From positions 1 to 64,000 of the forward strand of contig NOWV01000243.1 in the NCBI GenBank assembly GCA_003344405.1: a stretch of 64,000 bases of DNA, read 5' to 3'. The notes beneath the pieces were generated by a model. It was not told the DNA's origin, ran no database searches, and was given only the letters and a program-made list of their open reading frames with translations. Shown here piece by piece: positions 48,641 through 62,245 of this stretch. The DNA comes from Trichoplax sp. H2 (lineage: Eukaryota). The first letter of the stretch is position 1; each line of letters begins with the position of its first letter. The position numbers and the translations under genes were made by a program.

Positions 48641-51600
48641 ATGGTTTTCGAGAATGCCGAGCAAATCTTATCGGCAGTCTTGCAACAAGACACCAGGAAA
48701 AGATTAGAATCTGGTTCAGAATTGATTAATTTCCTATTAGATGATAGCCAAATCATCGATTTTTCTCCTAGCCTATTTGAAGCCTTTCTAGAAAGTCTTG
48801 TCGGCTGGATTACTAGCAGCAACTATAAGGTGGAGTTGGCGCTTTTTTAATTATTTGCAATATTAACACATCTGTTCGTTTCAGTGTAGGATTGCTTTCT
48901 GCTGCTTGTACAGTATCTTGTTTCAATTTAGAATGTAATCCTTGTTAAAGAAGCAAAATTCCTCACAATTTAATAGTGACTGTATTTTAATGAATTTGAA
49001 ATCATCATTTTAATCCATTTCACGGGCTATCATCCTATAGCCATCAATGAATATTCTGTACATTTAACTAATGTTACCCTACGCATCCCGTCGTATACTC
49101 GAATTCTTCGAAATATGAATTTTTTGCTTTCAATTCCAGCATGTCTTAATTGTATTCAAGCGTTACGCAATCACTGCATTGAATGAGTGATTACCATGTA
49201 AATAGATTTTGTTCCAATTTCTGAATCATCGCACAACGTAATATTTGGATAACTTAGTTCATGACTGATATTATCAACGTGTGGTAACTGTTGTGACAAT
49301 ACATATTCTCTATTCCAAATTCACTATGTTTAGATTTAGTGTAAGTTAATCGATTAATTATTTATATAGCACTCCAGTATCATAGACGGTCATATCAATG
49401 AATGATCTCTTCGACAAGGTTTGACATTATGTCGAAATCATTCTTACGATAAAGAACGTGTCTGCAGTTGCATCGAAACTGCAGTGTAGTTAGATTACTA
49501 ATTTCTGGTTAACCCTGTAGAAAAACTTGCTTACCGTACATTCGTTTTCGAGGTTGCATTCTGCTATGATACACAGTACTAGGATATTAGGTTTGATATT
49601 AGACTGCAATCACTATCTTAACAATACTGCTCTATAGATTATTTATACAAGCACATATTCTGAGAACAAAATCGAGTTAATCTTTCTAATTCATTTCCCT
49701 CTACCTTGAAACGTTCAAGTATCGCCACTTCTACTGTTAAACCGTTCTTCCACCAATCCCATACTGAATGTAGCGTCAACATAAAACAGGATTTTACTGG
49801 ACTAAAATTTTACTCATCCATTAATGGATGAGTAACTTAAATCGAAGATATATTAATGAAGTTATGTATAGGATCTTAGTCAAGTCGTTGGTTGACTTGT
49901 GAGATGACACTAAATCCAATGAAATGCTTCTTTGCAATACAGTACATTTAACAAAGATGACTGCTATACAACAGTCTCATTTTCTTCTAAAATAGTTCTG
50001 CACATAGTTCAGTAAATTAGTAAATATCCGCTCAGGTATGATAGCTTTGAAACTATTACAATTCTGAATATGGAAAGAATACTTTGAACTCCTTTACAGT
50101 ATACTTAAGAAGATCATCACTGACCGGATTTTAGCGTATTACGTATCTTTTCGCAAAATCAGAGACAGGTTTACGGAATTTATGAATGCCATTACATTTT
50201 TTATTTTTGTTCATTGCTTACTAGAAATATTAACGCTATTTAGCAATCTGTAGAAAGTAATCCTACGTAACATACTGTAGTATGAGGTACAACTTGTTAG
50301 GGACTGTAATTTTAAATTTGTCAAAAGAATTCCAAGTTATTAATTGTGCTAGCTTTTTTGTACTTCAGGTTAGTCTGATTGGACTCGAGTGCCTCTCTCT
50401 TGTTGTTGTAAGACTCCAGGATGGTTTTAAGCCGTATGTTTCATTAAGTACGTTATCATACACAAGCATCAACGCTGTTTTTTTTTCTAAACGGAAAAAG
50501 TTATGTTGTACTCTTTAAAACATTCTCGATTACTTTGAAATTAGATAGTTTTATACTTACTTTTAGCCATTATGGAATGTCATATATCAGAAAACCGATA
50601 AAACCATGTAACACACTCCACGTTACAATAACTCCTTTCCTTTATTTATACTAGCTAGCTAGCATCTTATAACTTAACGCATTACTACTTAGTAGAAGTT
50701 AATGTAAAATCTACTTCCGTATAAGATGGTTTTGTTCGAAATTACTTATCAAGTTGATACTATCAATCATAACTATTGTAACGTTATAATAGAAAAATAA
50801 CATTTTTAGAAACGGATCTATCCGTTTGCTTCTGTAGAATCTATTTACTCTGTAAATTAGCATCTTTTGATATAGTAATGGGCTAATACTTTCCCTTGCT
50901 TATTTACAATTAGTATTCAATGCCATTGTAGATAGATTGGGGGATAGTCGAGGACAGGTAGGCATACAATTATATCAAATCTTAGAGATTTAATTGTGAA
51001 TTTAGCTTTACAGTAACAAATTTGGTTGTGTGCTTTTTGAAGTAAAAAACGCTGTATTACCAGTAGTGAAAGATATACCACTGCTTCTGTATAGGTTAGA
51101 GATCAATGTCAAAATTTACTGCAAAAGCTTATGGATCCTGGATCTTCACCTCAGGTGAAAATACTTTTTTTGCATCTGTAAATAAATTTTATTGGAGTTC
51201 GCATTTCGCTAACTTTTGTCATCTGTAGTTTATTTTAGAGAAAATGATTCCAGCTTTTCAGCATAAAAATTTTAGAGTCAGAGACGAATCTCTAGTGTGT
51301 CTTCAAAAAGCACTTGACGGGTAAGTATAATCCTATTCGTGTCCTATTATTACGGGGTAATAATCCATGAGTACCTCTTTGTTACCAGGTTCGGATCTTC
51401 ATCGTTGACAATTTCCAAGTTTGTACCTCATGCATGTAAACTTCTCGCAGATCCGAATGGCCAGGTAGCATCTTACAAATATTCTCTATTAGTTCTAAAG
51501 ATATAATTTAGTGTTATCCTTCTAATGTTATATTTCGTTACATCATGCAGGTGCGTGATACTGCAATAGATACGTTAGTTGACATTTATCGGCATGTCGG

Positions 51601-54600
51601 AGAAAAAGTTCGAGCTGATCTTAGTAGGAGAAATATCCCTGCCGCAAAGTACGTGAAATTTATCTAGTTAAAATGATATCTATATTATGGAATTGAAAAT
51701 ATGGTACCAAAGAAAGATATTATTGCTTACTTTAGGCTTTCAGTGTTATTTACGAAATTTAATGAATTAATTGAAAATGGAGACCTCTTAGATACCGCCG
51801 GTAACTAAATATAAATATACGAATCGTTTAATTTTGTCCTTCTTACTGTTAGCTTAACGCAAAATTGAATGAATGTTTGATATATTAAAAAATTTCTCTT
51901 ACCGAATACTGTTGTAGTTTTGGATGTTCCTACTATTGAATATGAAAATAATGCCAGTTCTGCAACGAACTCGTACAATGTAAATTACAACCGATATAAT
52001 AGTTTCAATTGGAATTAGATGATTAATTTATAGCGCTTTCTTTTTATTTATCACTGATAGCCATCTCCAATGCAAGGAAGATCTAGAGTGGCTACACCAA
52101 AGACACGATCAGGCCTTCAAACGCCTACCTCATCTCGTTATGCATCCACAGAGAACATTTCCGGTGCTGCACCTGCGTCAAGAAAACCTCCAATAGGTCA
52201 AACCAAAAATAAAAATAGTAATGCAGGTGACTAACATGGATTTTCGAATTTATAGAATATTCCTTTAGTGATCTATTGCCATTAACTTCTAAATTGTACG
52301 TACATGTATATCACCTTAAACTATTATACAGATGCTGGTGCAGTTAATGAAGATTATTTCTTGAATTCTTTTAATGAATTTGTTCCCGTTCAGGTAAGGT
52401 AGTTTTTTACTATTATAAAGAGATATTTTGTTATCATAACATCTGTGCTCCTTTTTAGTTTTGTTCAACTCGTGAACTACAAGATTTAATAACTGATATT
52501 AATACGGTATTGACAAGCGAAAAGTCAGAATGGGAGCAAAGAGTGCATACAGTAAGTGATGGATACGATGCTGGTTGTCTTACACCTGCCAATATTATAT
52601 TGTAATCATCTTTTGCATCACTTAGTTAAAACGATTACGAGGCGTCATACACGCTGGGGGATATGAATTTGATGTCTTCCTACCGCAGCTTAAAACTCTA
52701 GTTTTAGCACATCAGTCTGCTGTAAGTATCCGTCTAAATTTTGCATTTGTAATAATGAAATATCCTTAATACCTTTTATACTTTATATAGATCAAAGATC
52801 TTCGATCTCAAGTTTGTAGAGAGGCATGTATAACAGTCAGGTAATCGTAATGATCAACTTCGATATTTTTCGTACCACGTTACGAGTACTGTAAATTGTC
52901 ACTATGATCGGGTTATACATTTAATAAAACAATCACGATCTTTCACTATTTGTATAGTTTCCTAGCAGCTACGATTGGAATAAAATTCGATCATTTTGCT
53001 GGAATGGTACTACCTATGCTGTTTCAGCTACTACCTAATAGTGCAAAGGTAAGCCCCTTTTATGACGAAAGAATATAAACATAAGTTTATATGTGCTAAA
53101 ACTTTTGGATAATTTTAGTAAATTTTATTGCAATGAATAGGTGATGGCTACGTCTGGATATACCTGTATTATGTTTATAATCAAGGTATTCATAAGGATT
53201 ATTCGTTAAAGAACTAGGCTATTATATATTTCTTACTTTAATTTACACATCACTAGCACGTCCATTCCTTCAAACTGATTCCTGTAATACTTAGTTACGC
53301 AACTTCGAAAGCCAATGTAGTGAGAAGGTAATCTTTTCTTCAAATTTGTTTTTGTTTTCGAAGGAGTTAATAAACTAAATTAATAAGGTCTCATAATTCT
53401 AATATTTCTTCATTGGATCCTGTTGCAGCTATACTTTCGAATTTATGAATATAATTTTGCACACTTGGCCTACGCAAGCCCTAGAAAAGTAAAGTTGACT
53501 CTACTGCTTATTCTCAGTTACTAAACTATAATGTCAAACCTTAAATACTGAATTCCAAATTTATTTTCAGGCAGGCTGAAGCATTAGAAAAGACAGTTAA
53601 GGCCGGATTAAGTGATGCAAATGCAAGTGCTAGGGCTAGCGCGAGAAGGTTATTACCTAATATTAATAGTAATCTTTTACGCCTAAACAATCATTATTGA
53701 TGCTATTATGCCAAATAACGACCGATATCAAAGCTATGCTTGCTACTATTTTCACATTTCTAGATCTTTTTGGGGTTTCGCCAATCATTTTAAAAGCAGA
53801 GCTGACAAGTAGGTGTTTATATAAAAATCAAGTAAATCTCTATAAAATTACGCTTTCAGTGTTGTACATAATTTAACTTCCTGCCCCTAGAATGATGCTT
53901 ACGCTGGATAGCTCTAAACAAAAGCAGCTGATTGCAGAGAACGATGCATATGGCAGTACTAACAGCTTAGCTGATACTAGTGACGGTACCCAGAAATTAA
54001 AAGCAGCTGCCTTGTGAGTCAACCTATACTAGTATTTTACTGATTGTTTATCCGATAGATATTTAGAATTATACCTTGAATCATTTATTGATTTTTAGTG
54101 AAAGAAGTTCGAATGCCAGGCGCTCGTTTGTGAAACCGAAAACGAATTTGTTAAGTACTTACCGAGATAGTGAACCTGGTAAGTCATAAATAATTTTCAA
54201 TATATTGAAGCAAAAGTAACTTAGATTCCTGCTTAATTAAAGATGTTAGAGGGCGAAGCAATGGCGATGGCAAGATAAACGCGCGAAGTTCACTAAGAAT
54301 GAAAAGTAGTACGACTAGCAGAGCTTCTCCTGCTGGAAATACGACTAAGAGAATACCACGTGCTTCTCAATCGCAACGTAATATATAAAATAAAATTTAT
54401 TTGTATAGTACACTTTTTTATTTAATCCGTGCAAAATGATCTATTGATTATACGATACATTAAATAACAGCTGGTAGTCGTTCCAATTCGCCACCGCGAT
54501 TAAGTAAACTTTCATCTACTGCAAAAACTCCTACACGAAAAGTACATACACCGACCGTAGATATTACTAAATCGAAGGCTCTACGCCCACCAGCTCCGCC

Positions 54601-57600
54601 GAAAGTGAAGGAGCCAGTAAAAACAACAAGTAAGAATGACTCAGATAAAACCTCGGTTTGTTATTCGGTATCGTATATACTTGTGTATTTATTCATATTA
54701 TACCGTTTGGTAGACCTTAAAACATTAACACGTAATACGGAAGTGGAAACTCACGTATGGAATGCTCTGGTAAGAAGATATATAGTCGGGTATAAAAATT
54801 TATATTTGCGCATTCTCAAAATATAAACATAAAGCGAATTAATGATTTTAGACTCAAAGGAAAAGCGATACTTCAGCGGATTTCGAATCCGATGCTGGTA
54901 GTATGACATCTGAAAGCTCTGTAAGAAGTAACTTCACCTCCCTAAAGGTAACATCACACTGGAAGAGTTACAGTACGGACCATAACGAACAATAACAATT
55001 TTAGAGGCGCTTACGTTGAAAGGTACTAAATTATATATTGCTTACTGATGTAGGAAACTGAAATTGGCCTGACTAAATGTAAAAGTTCGTCGTGGTCTGA
55101 ACGAATGGAAGGACTTGAAGAATTTATGGGATTGCTAGTTGGGGAACATAAACTGAGGTAAAAGATATTTTTTACAGTTCTCGTTATACTAGATTGTAGA
55201 CTATTAAATCAAGTGTATATTGAATGCAAAATTGCTGAAAGAATAATTCTTGCTTTGCATAAATACAAACTCGAGCTTAATGATGGCGCTTTCTTCTATA
55301 TCTGAATGAAATCAAATAACAGTGATTGTTTGATAGTTTACACTCTTGTCATGTTGATACTGAAGATTTATCCAGCCCTGAGTGCAAATAAAGTTAGCCC
55401 TTAAATGCATCTGCTACCTTAGGGCTGAGTTTATCTGAAATTTGATGAAGATGTTAGCCATTCATGAGAAAAGCAGTCTGTTGAACACTAGTTATTACAA
55501 AGTGTACATGTGGTTCCATCTACTTACTTACCCTGAACCAACAGCTACATTCGCTACTGTATTTACTGTAGATTTGTAATACACCTGGTTATAGTAACTG
55601 TTCCTTCAAAGTTAATATGTGTCTATACTATCATGTTTGTAAGCTTACGATGTTAACTAATGACACATCACTGTTAATGCAGCTACAAAGATATCAACCG
55701 TATCAAGGAGTGCCTTACTCAAATGTTAGACGAGAAACATATGCAAGTATGCTACTGGATATTTTATATAAGACAAAAAAAATTAAAAAATGGTATAATA
55801 CATATTATTAACTCTATACCAAATAGGTTTATAACAAGTTTTTGAACACAGTTTGTGAATTTGTTACCACATATCATAATAAATTGCAAGACTGGTTCTT
55901 TACTATATTTACCAAATTGCTGCTAAGAGTAAGCAGTGACATGCCACCACCAGTTTACTCTAAGTTGATCGATGCTTTGGATACCATTCGGTTCGTAAGT
56001 TGTAATATGTGCTATAGACGTGGAATATGTGCCATAATAACATTGACTTCATTTTTAGACGAACCTTTTCCTATGACATCCAATTCATAGCCCTTGTTAA
56101 ATTTATATCTGAGAATGGAGATCATATCAATATAAAAGTATGTAAAATGTTACATACTCACATTGTTAGCAGTATAGGCTTGTGGCTGTTTATCTACATA
56201 TCGTTTTTCTGTAATTAATGCGTAGGTAAAATTGGCTTTCCTTAATTTTGCTCGAGAAGTCGCGGAATTAATGGACCCATCTGTATTTGTGAATAGTGTT
56301 GGTAAGGATACATACTTTTGTTATACTCGTTTTTGCAACGATAAGTTAGAATTATTGATATTTACTGGACTTCATAGATAATCGACGTGCAATGTCTCGT
56401 ATCATAACATGGAGCACCGATCCAAAAAACGTAGCTCTAAGAAAGGTCGTTTCTTTGACTTTCATCGTTTTTTATGCATCTTGTATATCTTACTAAGACG
56501 TTTAATCTATTATGCTATCAATACACTAGGCGGCCAATATTGTCATTATAGCTATATTTGAATTAAATAAATCCGAATTTTCTGCTTTGTTATCCAATTT
56601 ACCGAAATCTTTCCAGGTAATGATATCTACCGACAATTATGATAATGTTACGAAGTTTCTACTTACCCCATTACATTAAAAATCGAGGAATAAAAACCAT
56701 ATCATACCATTTCATTTTATATTCGTAATTTAACCATATTATGATTTATAATAATAGGATATCGCAAGTAGCATGCTACAACAATATCTTGACAGTGGTT
56801 GCATGGAAGTTCCTGAAGTAATGATTTATTAAATCCAAGCTTGAAATCTTGTTTTATATAAAGTTCTTAATTAAGAATATATTTGTTTAGTCACCTAGAG
56901 CCAGTAGTAAAGTAAGAAGCAGCCCAAGAGGGATGGAAAAAAATATGCCTGGCAAGGATATCTATTCACCTGTAAACACGAATACAACAAAACCACTCAT
57001 GGCTAGAAAGAATTCAATGGAAGGTAGTCGCCTGCTGTCTTAAATTTTCACAACGACTGTAGTTTTCCTTTATGTAGTTCTTTATATCATATATGTAATG
57101 ACATAGTAAACTCATGAAAACCTACAACGATTTTATACAATCATGTCAGTCAAGTATTGAACTTGAAGGTAAATGATGATTCAGCAAAAGTTTATAATGT
57201 TTTAGATCATTACAAGCAAGACAATGAATATAATCCAATTTACTATCAGGACGAGAATGAACCTCCATCACCAGTTAGTAATCATGTAGGTGTTTTATAA
57301 TCCTTTCTAAGTTATTGCTCATTTCAGCTGATATGAACTGATCAATTAAAATATTATATTGGGTAACAGATGCCTAAGCAGCCTAGCCGGCGATCAGAAA
57401 GCATCGGTAAGAGTCCATTTTTCATAGCCAATTATGAGGAATTGCTATTTTAAAACTTTATAATATGAGTTGACGGAATAAATGATGATGTTTGTTACTC
57501 CGATTTGTTAGATCTTATATCAAAGTTAGCCGCTGCCTTACCAACACAATTGCAAAGGTACTAGTATCGCTTGAGTAAGATGCTGCTAGTTACAGTATGT

Positions 57601-58765
57601 CATTGTAACATGTTATACAAAAAGTAATGATTAATGACGTTGCTACGCAGTTTGGACGAAGTCACAATTACCCTTAAGAATCTACTGCAATTGATAAGTG
57701 AAGATGTAACTCTATCTCATTGGGATAAACATTTAAAAGGCTTGGTCTCGAATTTGTTTCAGCTTATTACAACCTACCCTACTGAGGTAAATCATCTTAG
57801 CGTATTCCTCGTAAATAAAACGATTTTAAAACTATTTCTGAAATTGCTTTCTACGCATGTAAACAATCTAGACTTCGATCAAAGTACTGTCTTTTCGAAT
57901 TATGAAATATCTATTCGACCTGCAGTTTTCAAAGTTAACGGATTTAGCGAATGAAATAATAAATAATTTTATTGCATTCGAAGTCACTAATGACGATAGA
58001 GAGGTAAATATGATATAATAACTTTAACGAAATGATGATGAATTAATGGATTAAAATGCCCCTATAGGTTTCTCGGATTTCTGAAGAAGCACTCTTTGCG
58101 TACGCTGCCGCCGTCCCTGGAGAAGTAATACTTCCAGTCTTAGTTCCTATTATTGAAAAATTTAAGTATCCAAGCAATTTGTCTGGTTTGAAATTATTGA
58201 ATAAGGTGAGTTTTGTATCATGACCAATTCAAAGAATTTATTCAAATGAAATTAATAAAAAATTTATTTGTGATTGCTACGTATTATTGCTACAGATATT
58301 AGATGAAATTCAAAAAGAAGACATCATTCCTAGTTTAAACTATTTAATGCCCGCATTGGTTAAGGTATCTATTGTCAATTTATAGCATAGCGAATAAAAA
58401 GTACAATTCTTTCCATTTAACTTAATACTTGCAATTATCTTTTATTTGCCAGTCTTTTCAACATAATGAAAGCAGCGTTAGGAAAGCTTGTGTTTTCTGT
58501 CTGGTTGCACTACATAAAATAATTGGAGAAGATCTAAAGAATTACCTGACTGGATTAACGGGATCACAGGTAGATGTAATGATATATTGATGAAATATCG
58601 CTATCCATGTAAAAGATTTTATAAATTTAAGCTATAACACATAATGTTACGCTGAATGCTAACTTAAAGACATTACTATTGCATTTACAGATAAAGCTAT
58701 TACATCTCTACATCAAGCGATCTGTATCTCAAGCGACTACTGCTGCAAATTTCACCGGTCGATAA
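48641..58765 (+). CDS. CLASP: CLIP-associating protein (CLASP/Orbit/MAST), TOG-domain microtubule regulator, about 44 coding exons
   Basis: Exons walked manually with GT-AG junctions in consistent phase (first exons 48641-48829, 50369-50447, 50914-50957; last 58691-58765). Motifs: WITSSNYKVSLIGL, IVDRLGD, IYRHVGEKVRADL, AGAVNEDYF, KDLRSQVCREAC, LPNSAKVMATSG, SQPGSRSNSP, ESSVRKACVFCLV, IKLLHLYIKR. Confidence 0.95.
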
Positions 58766-59646
58766 ATTAATTAATTTTACTACTACTATACAATTGTAGT
58801 CGTATATGAAGCAATTGTACGTTACAGTGTCAAATGCATCCCTCAATTTAATGGCATGTAATGTTTAATGCTATGGAAAGTAATTATTTTAGAAAAAAAC
58901 TTAAATATTAATGCAATGTTTTATGGCGTCACTCTGTTCTATATTACGGAAGGTATAAAAAATATTTTGTGGTAGAATGCTATTCAAATTCTTTTATTTT
59001 GCTTTACGAAAATGAATCGAAATTTTAGTATTATATGTACATAAGCTCTAATATTGATGCAGTTTGTTGCATGTTACAAAACATGTAGCTGTAGCGTTCG
59101 CAGTATTATTACTTATACAGTATATATATATATATATACATTGGCAAGTACCAGCTTGTAATGCCTGATTAATATTAATAATACTGTACTACTTTATTAT
59201 TACCCATATTATTACCTAGCATAATCATAAATAATACATGAAATCAACTAAATAAAATGAATTACGCAGGACCAGATCAATTACAAAAATGTATTATTAC
59301 GAATTTAATGAACTAGAAATAGTTAGCCTACAGAAATTTTTATTAATTATAATATTGCTTTTGACATTGATTATTATGTAATTTAATGATTCGTTTTTAC
59401 CCCTTCACGTTAATAAATTATTTATAACCGCAAAGGAAGCACATTTTGGGGATAAAATTCATGACTACAATTATGTAATTATTCGTCTCTATAATAGTGT
59501 TTGCTAAGTGCTATAGCATTGATAGCTTATTAATCATTCGATAGCGATCTTGATCGTAAATATTCACGATATGGATCAATTAATCTTTTTTAATAGAAAT
59601 AGCTACAATTACGAAGTAACGAGTGTTGCTAACACTGCATTGGCTT

Positions 59647-61338
59647 CTAGATCATAAAATGAAGCTTTTTCGGCTTTTTGCTTTGCGCCTCGGACGAAGC
59701 GTTTAAAACTTTGAATAACTCTCTGCCTATAGCAACCAATTTACCTCTTAACGTCTCATCTAATCCCCAGTCTGTTACTACTTGCAATTCACCTCTAGCT
59801 TTCAATTGGACAGGAAATGAGAAAGCAATTCCGTACGGAATACCATACCAACCTTCCGAAATGATCGACATTGATGTTATTATGTCGTCGTTTGTTCCGT
59901 GCCAAAAATCGGATAATTGTTCAATAATAGAATTAGCAATTGAAATAGACGTCTCTCCTGGGCGTAGTTTAGTAATTTCTTCGTGTCTATCTTTGACAGT
60001 AGCTTGAAATGTCCCGTTTATCCACTTATTATCATGAACTAATTCCACAACCGATCTTGAATAATCTGCTGGTCCCATTATTGCACTGTCGCAGTCATAT
60101 ACATGTGATTTGGAAACATCTATAACTTGATTTATTTGTGGATTTCCCCATACAATAACATTGTTAATTTTTGATGAATTAACTTTCAAGCGATTGCTGA
60201 GAACAGATTTTGCCCGATTTTCCTGTAATCTGGATGACAACGCAATAAATTTACGCTTAGGTACCTTAGGGGCATATTTACTTAAAACTGATGCCTGATA
60301 ATTAGCGGCTTCACCGCCAATAAATATAATTCCATCTTTGTCTATGCCCTCTTCTATAACTGGACCGTAGTCTTGATAAATTGCTCTATTCGCATTAATG
60401 ATGGTTTGCTTATCTTCATCAGAAGCATCAATAGGAATGGAGCTTCCATCAGTTAAAATAACTACTTGAGCATCTTTCACTCCAACGTCTAACTGGCCTG
60501 TAGCTGTTATCTTTCTTAGTAGAGGCCCAGCTAAATCTTCTAGTTCCATGACAAGTCCATGCAGTTTTTCTAAATTCTCACCTGAATCAACTAAACGCAA
60601 ATCTAATTCTTCGTTCTTTCCGAAAGCATCACCATTAGCAAGGCTAAGGACGATATTGTAAACTAAAGAACTGCTCGCATTAGTTATGCATACTCTTAAA
60701 GGCCAACTTTTAACTATTTTAGCTTCTGCCAGATCTTTAGCTAAAGTTTCCATGTTTTCATCAGCGACAACAGTTAATTCTTCACTCATCATGTTTGACG
60801 AGAAGTGATAATAACCTGAAAAAGGAAGAAAAAATTCAAGTTAAAACTACACATGGTAATCCTATCAAAACGATAAGGAAAAGGTTTCAATGTTATGCAT
60901 TGGTAACCCTCTTATTAAATATCTATACACTCGTATCGTAGTGCAAGCTGACAATTAACTGTAATGCAACTACTATAGCCATTTCATTTAATGGAAGCCT
61001 TGGCAATATCATTGATCTAATTACTGATGTATCCTAGTCATCCAAATGTAAAACGATCGGAACTTACTTTCAACATATTCTAGAAAATCATTACAATCGC
61101 CAATAAGTTTGCCGGCGCCACCACGTTCAACTAACTCTCGCCACACTATAGGTGAGGTATCATGCTCAAATCCCATATCTAAACAAGTCTGTCTTAGCCA
61201 AGCTTCCCATTCGGACGGATGTTTCGAAATTTTGTGTACCTTAAAATTGGGCAAATTCATGGCTAACTCATCGGCTAATAACTCTGCTTTGGCATAAAAG
61301 GGGCAATTTGATCTTCCTGCAATGACGATTAGTACCAT
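59647..61338 (-). CDS. MDH1B: Putative malate dehydrogenase 1B, 479 aa; exons 61338-61068 and 60815-59647
   Basis: N-terminus IAGRSNCPFYAKAELLADEL...SPIVWRELVERGG, then PLRVCITNAS, MELEDLAGPLL, ENRAKSVL, VIVWGN, SEGWYGIP. The phase-1 A|GTAAGT...TTCAG|GT junction is in frame (271+1169=1440 nt). Confidence 0.92.
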
Positions 61339-61658
61339 GGCTAATTCTTGGTAATGGATAAAGTCAGTTTTATGTTAATAAACAAATTATTATTAATTCT
61401 TTGCACGACTGTTTGAGTCTTGATTCAACTTGGATGCTATTAGTCCACTTCTATGATTTCAATTTAGAAAATAATGGCTAAAATTGGCTCTCCTACAGCA
61501 ATTCAATTCAAACGAATCGGTTCTATTACATTTACTTCTACCTTTTATACTCCTATCGTTGGAGGATTGAGTACAGTAACGTCTCTCTGTAGGTTTCTAT
61601 ATGATTATATAATATAATTTATTAAACGATAACAGCAATCTCGGAATCGACAACTTCT

Positions 61659-61671
61659 GTTGCCTAGATAC
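61659..61671. promoter_or_regulatory. RFX-type X-box candidate in the MDH1B divergent promoter, next to ATTGG (61691) and GACGTCA (61705)
   Basis: GTTGCCTAGATAC, about 320 bp upstream of the MDH1B ATG in a locally CpG-rich patch. Confidence 0.6.
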
Positions 61672-62245
61672 ACGACGCACACTGACCATGATTGGATGAA
61701 TACAGACGTCAAGACGCGCGGACAGTGGCCGACGAGTTCGTTTGCGTACAGTACGGTACCGAGTACTGTAAGGAGTGTGTAAAATATATGTCGTAGTAGG
61801 GCTTGATTTTATAGCCTAAAAAGTGCCCAACTTACGACATCTACTTTCTATCTGATGATTGTAGACTAGCGTACTAATTGCCCATACTGACTCTGTTCTA
61901 AAGCAAGCACTACAGTCCAGGAAAAATGTGTAAAACTTATGTCGCATGAAGTCACTTAATGTCTTGTTCTTTACTTTAAATTATAGCTTCGGCCCATGAC
62001 ATTTATTTTGTGCGTTGCCACATTGCAGTACGGTGGCAGCAAGTCCCCAATGCACACTGCGGTCTTGCCTACTTGAGCACGGGAAGGAGTCCAACAATGG
62101 CTTTACTATGCGCTCGCAGACTAGTTTACAACGTAACCTAATGACGGCAACGCCATCAATCCTCCTAACGTGTGGTGGACTGCTGGCATTTTCCTCATTT
62201 CGAGCTGAAAGAATCTCCCGACATTGAACTGATGAGAGCTTAGTA

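Noticed and set aside
50640..50732. U4atac-like start (AACCATC) on the minus strand of CLASP intron 2
   Set aside because: It lacks the following U6atac-pairing sequence, TGCTAAC and an Sm site.
42092..58765. U12-type introns in COPZ or CLASP
   Set aside because: No donor with the RTATCCTT consensus was found among the junctions walked.
59678..61297. Plus-strand ORFs 59678-60007 and 61109-61297
   Set aside because: Antisense shadows of MDH1B.
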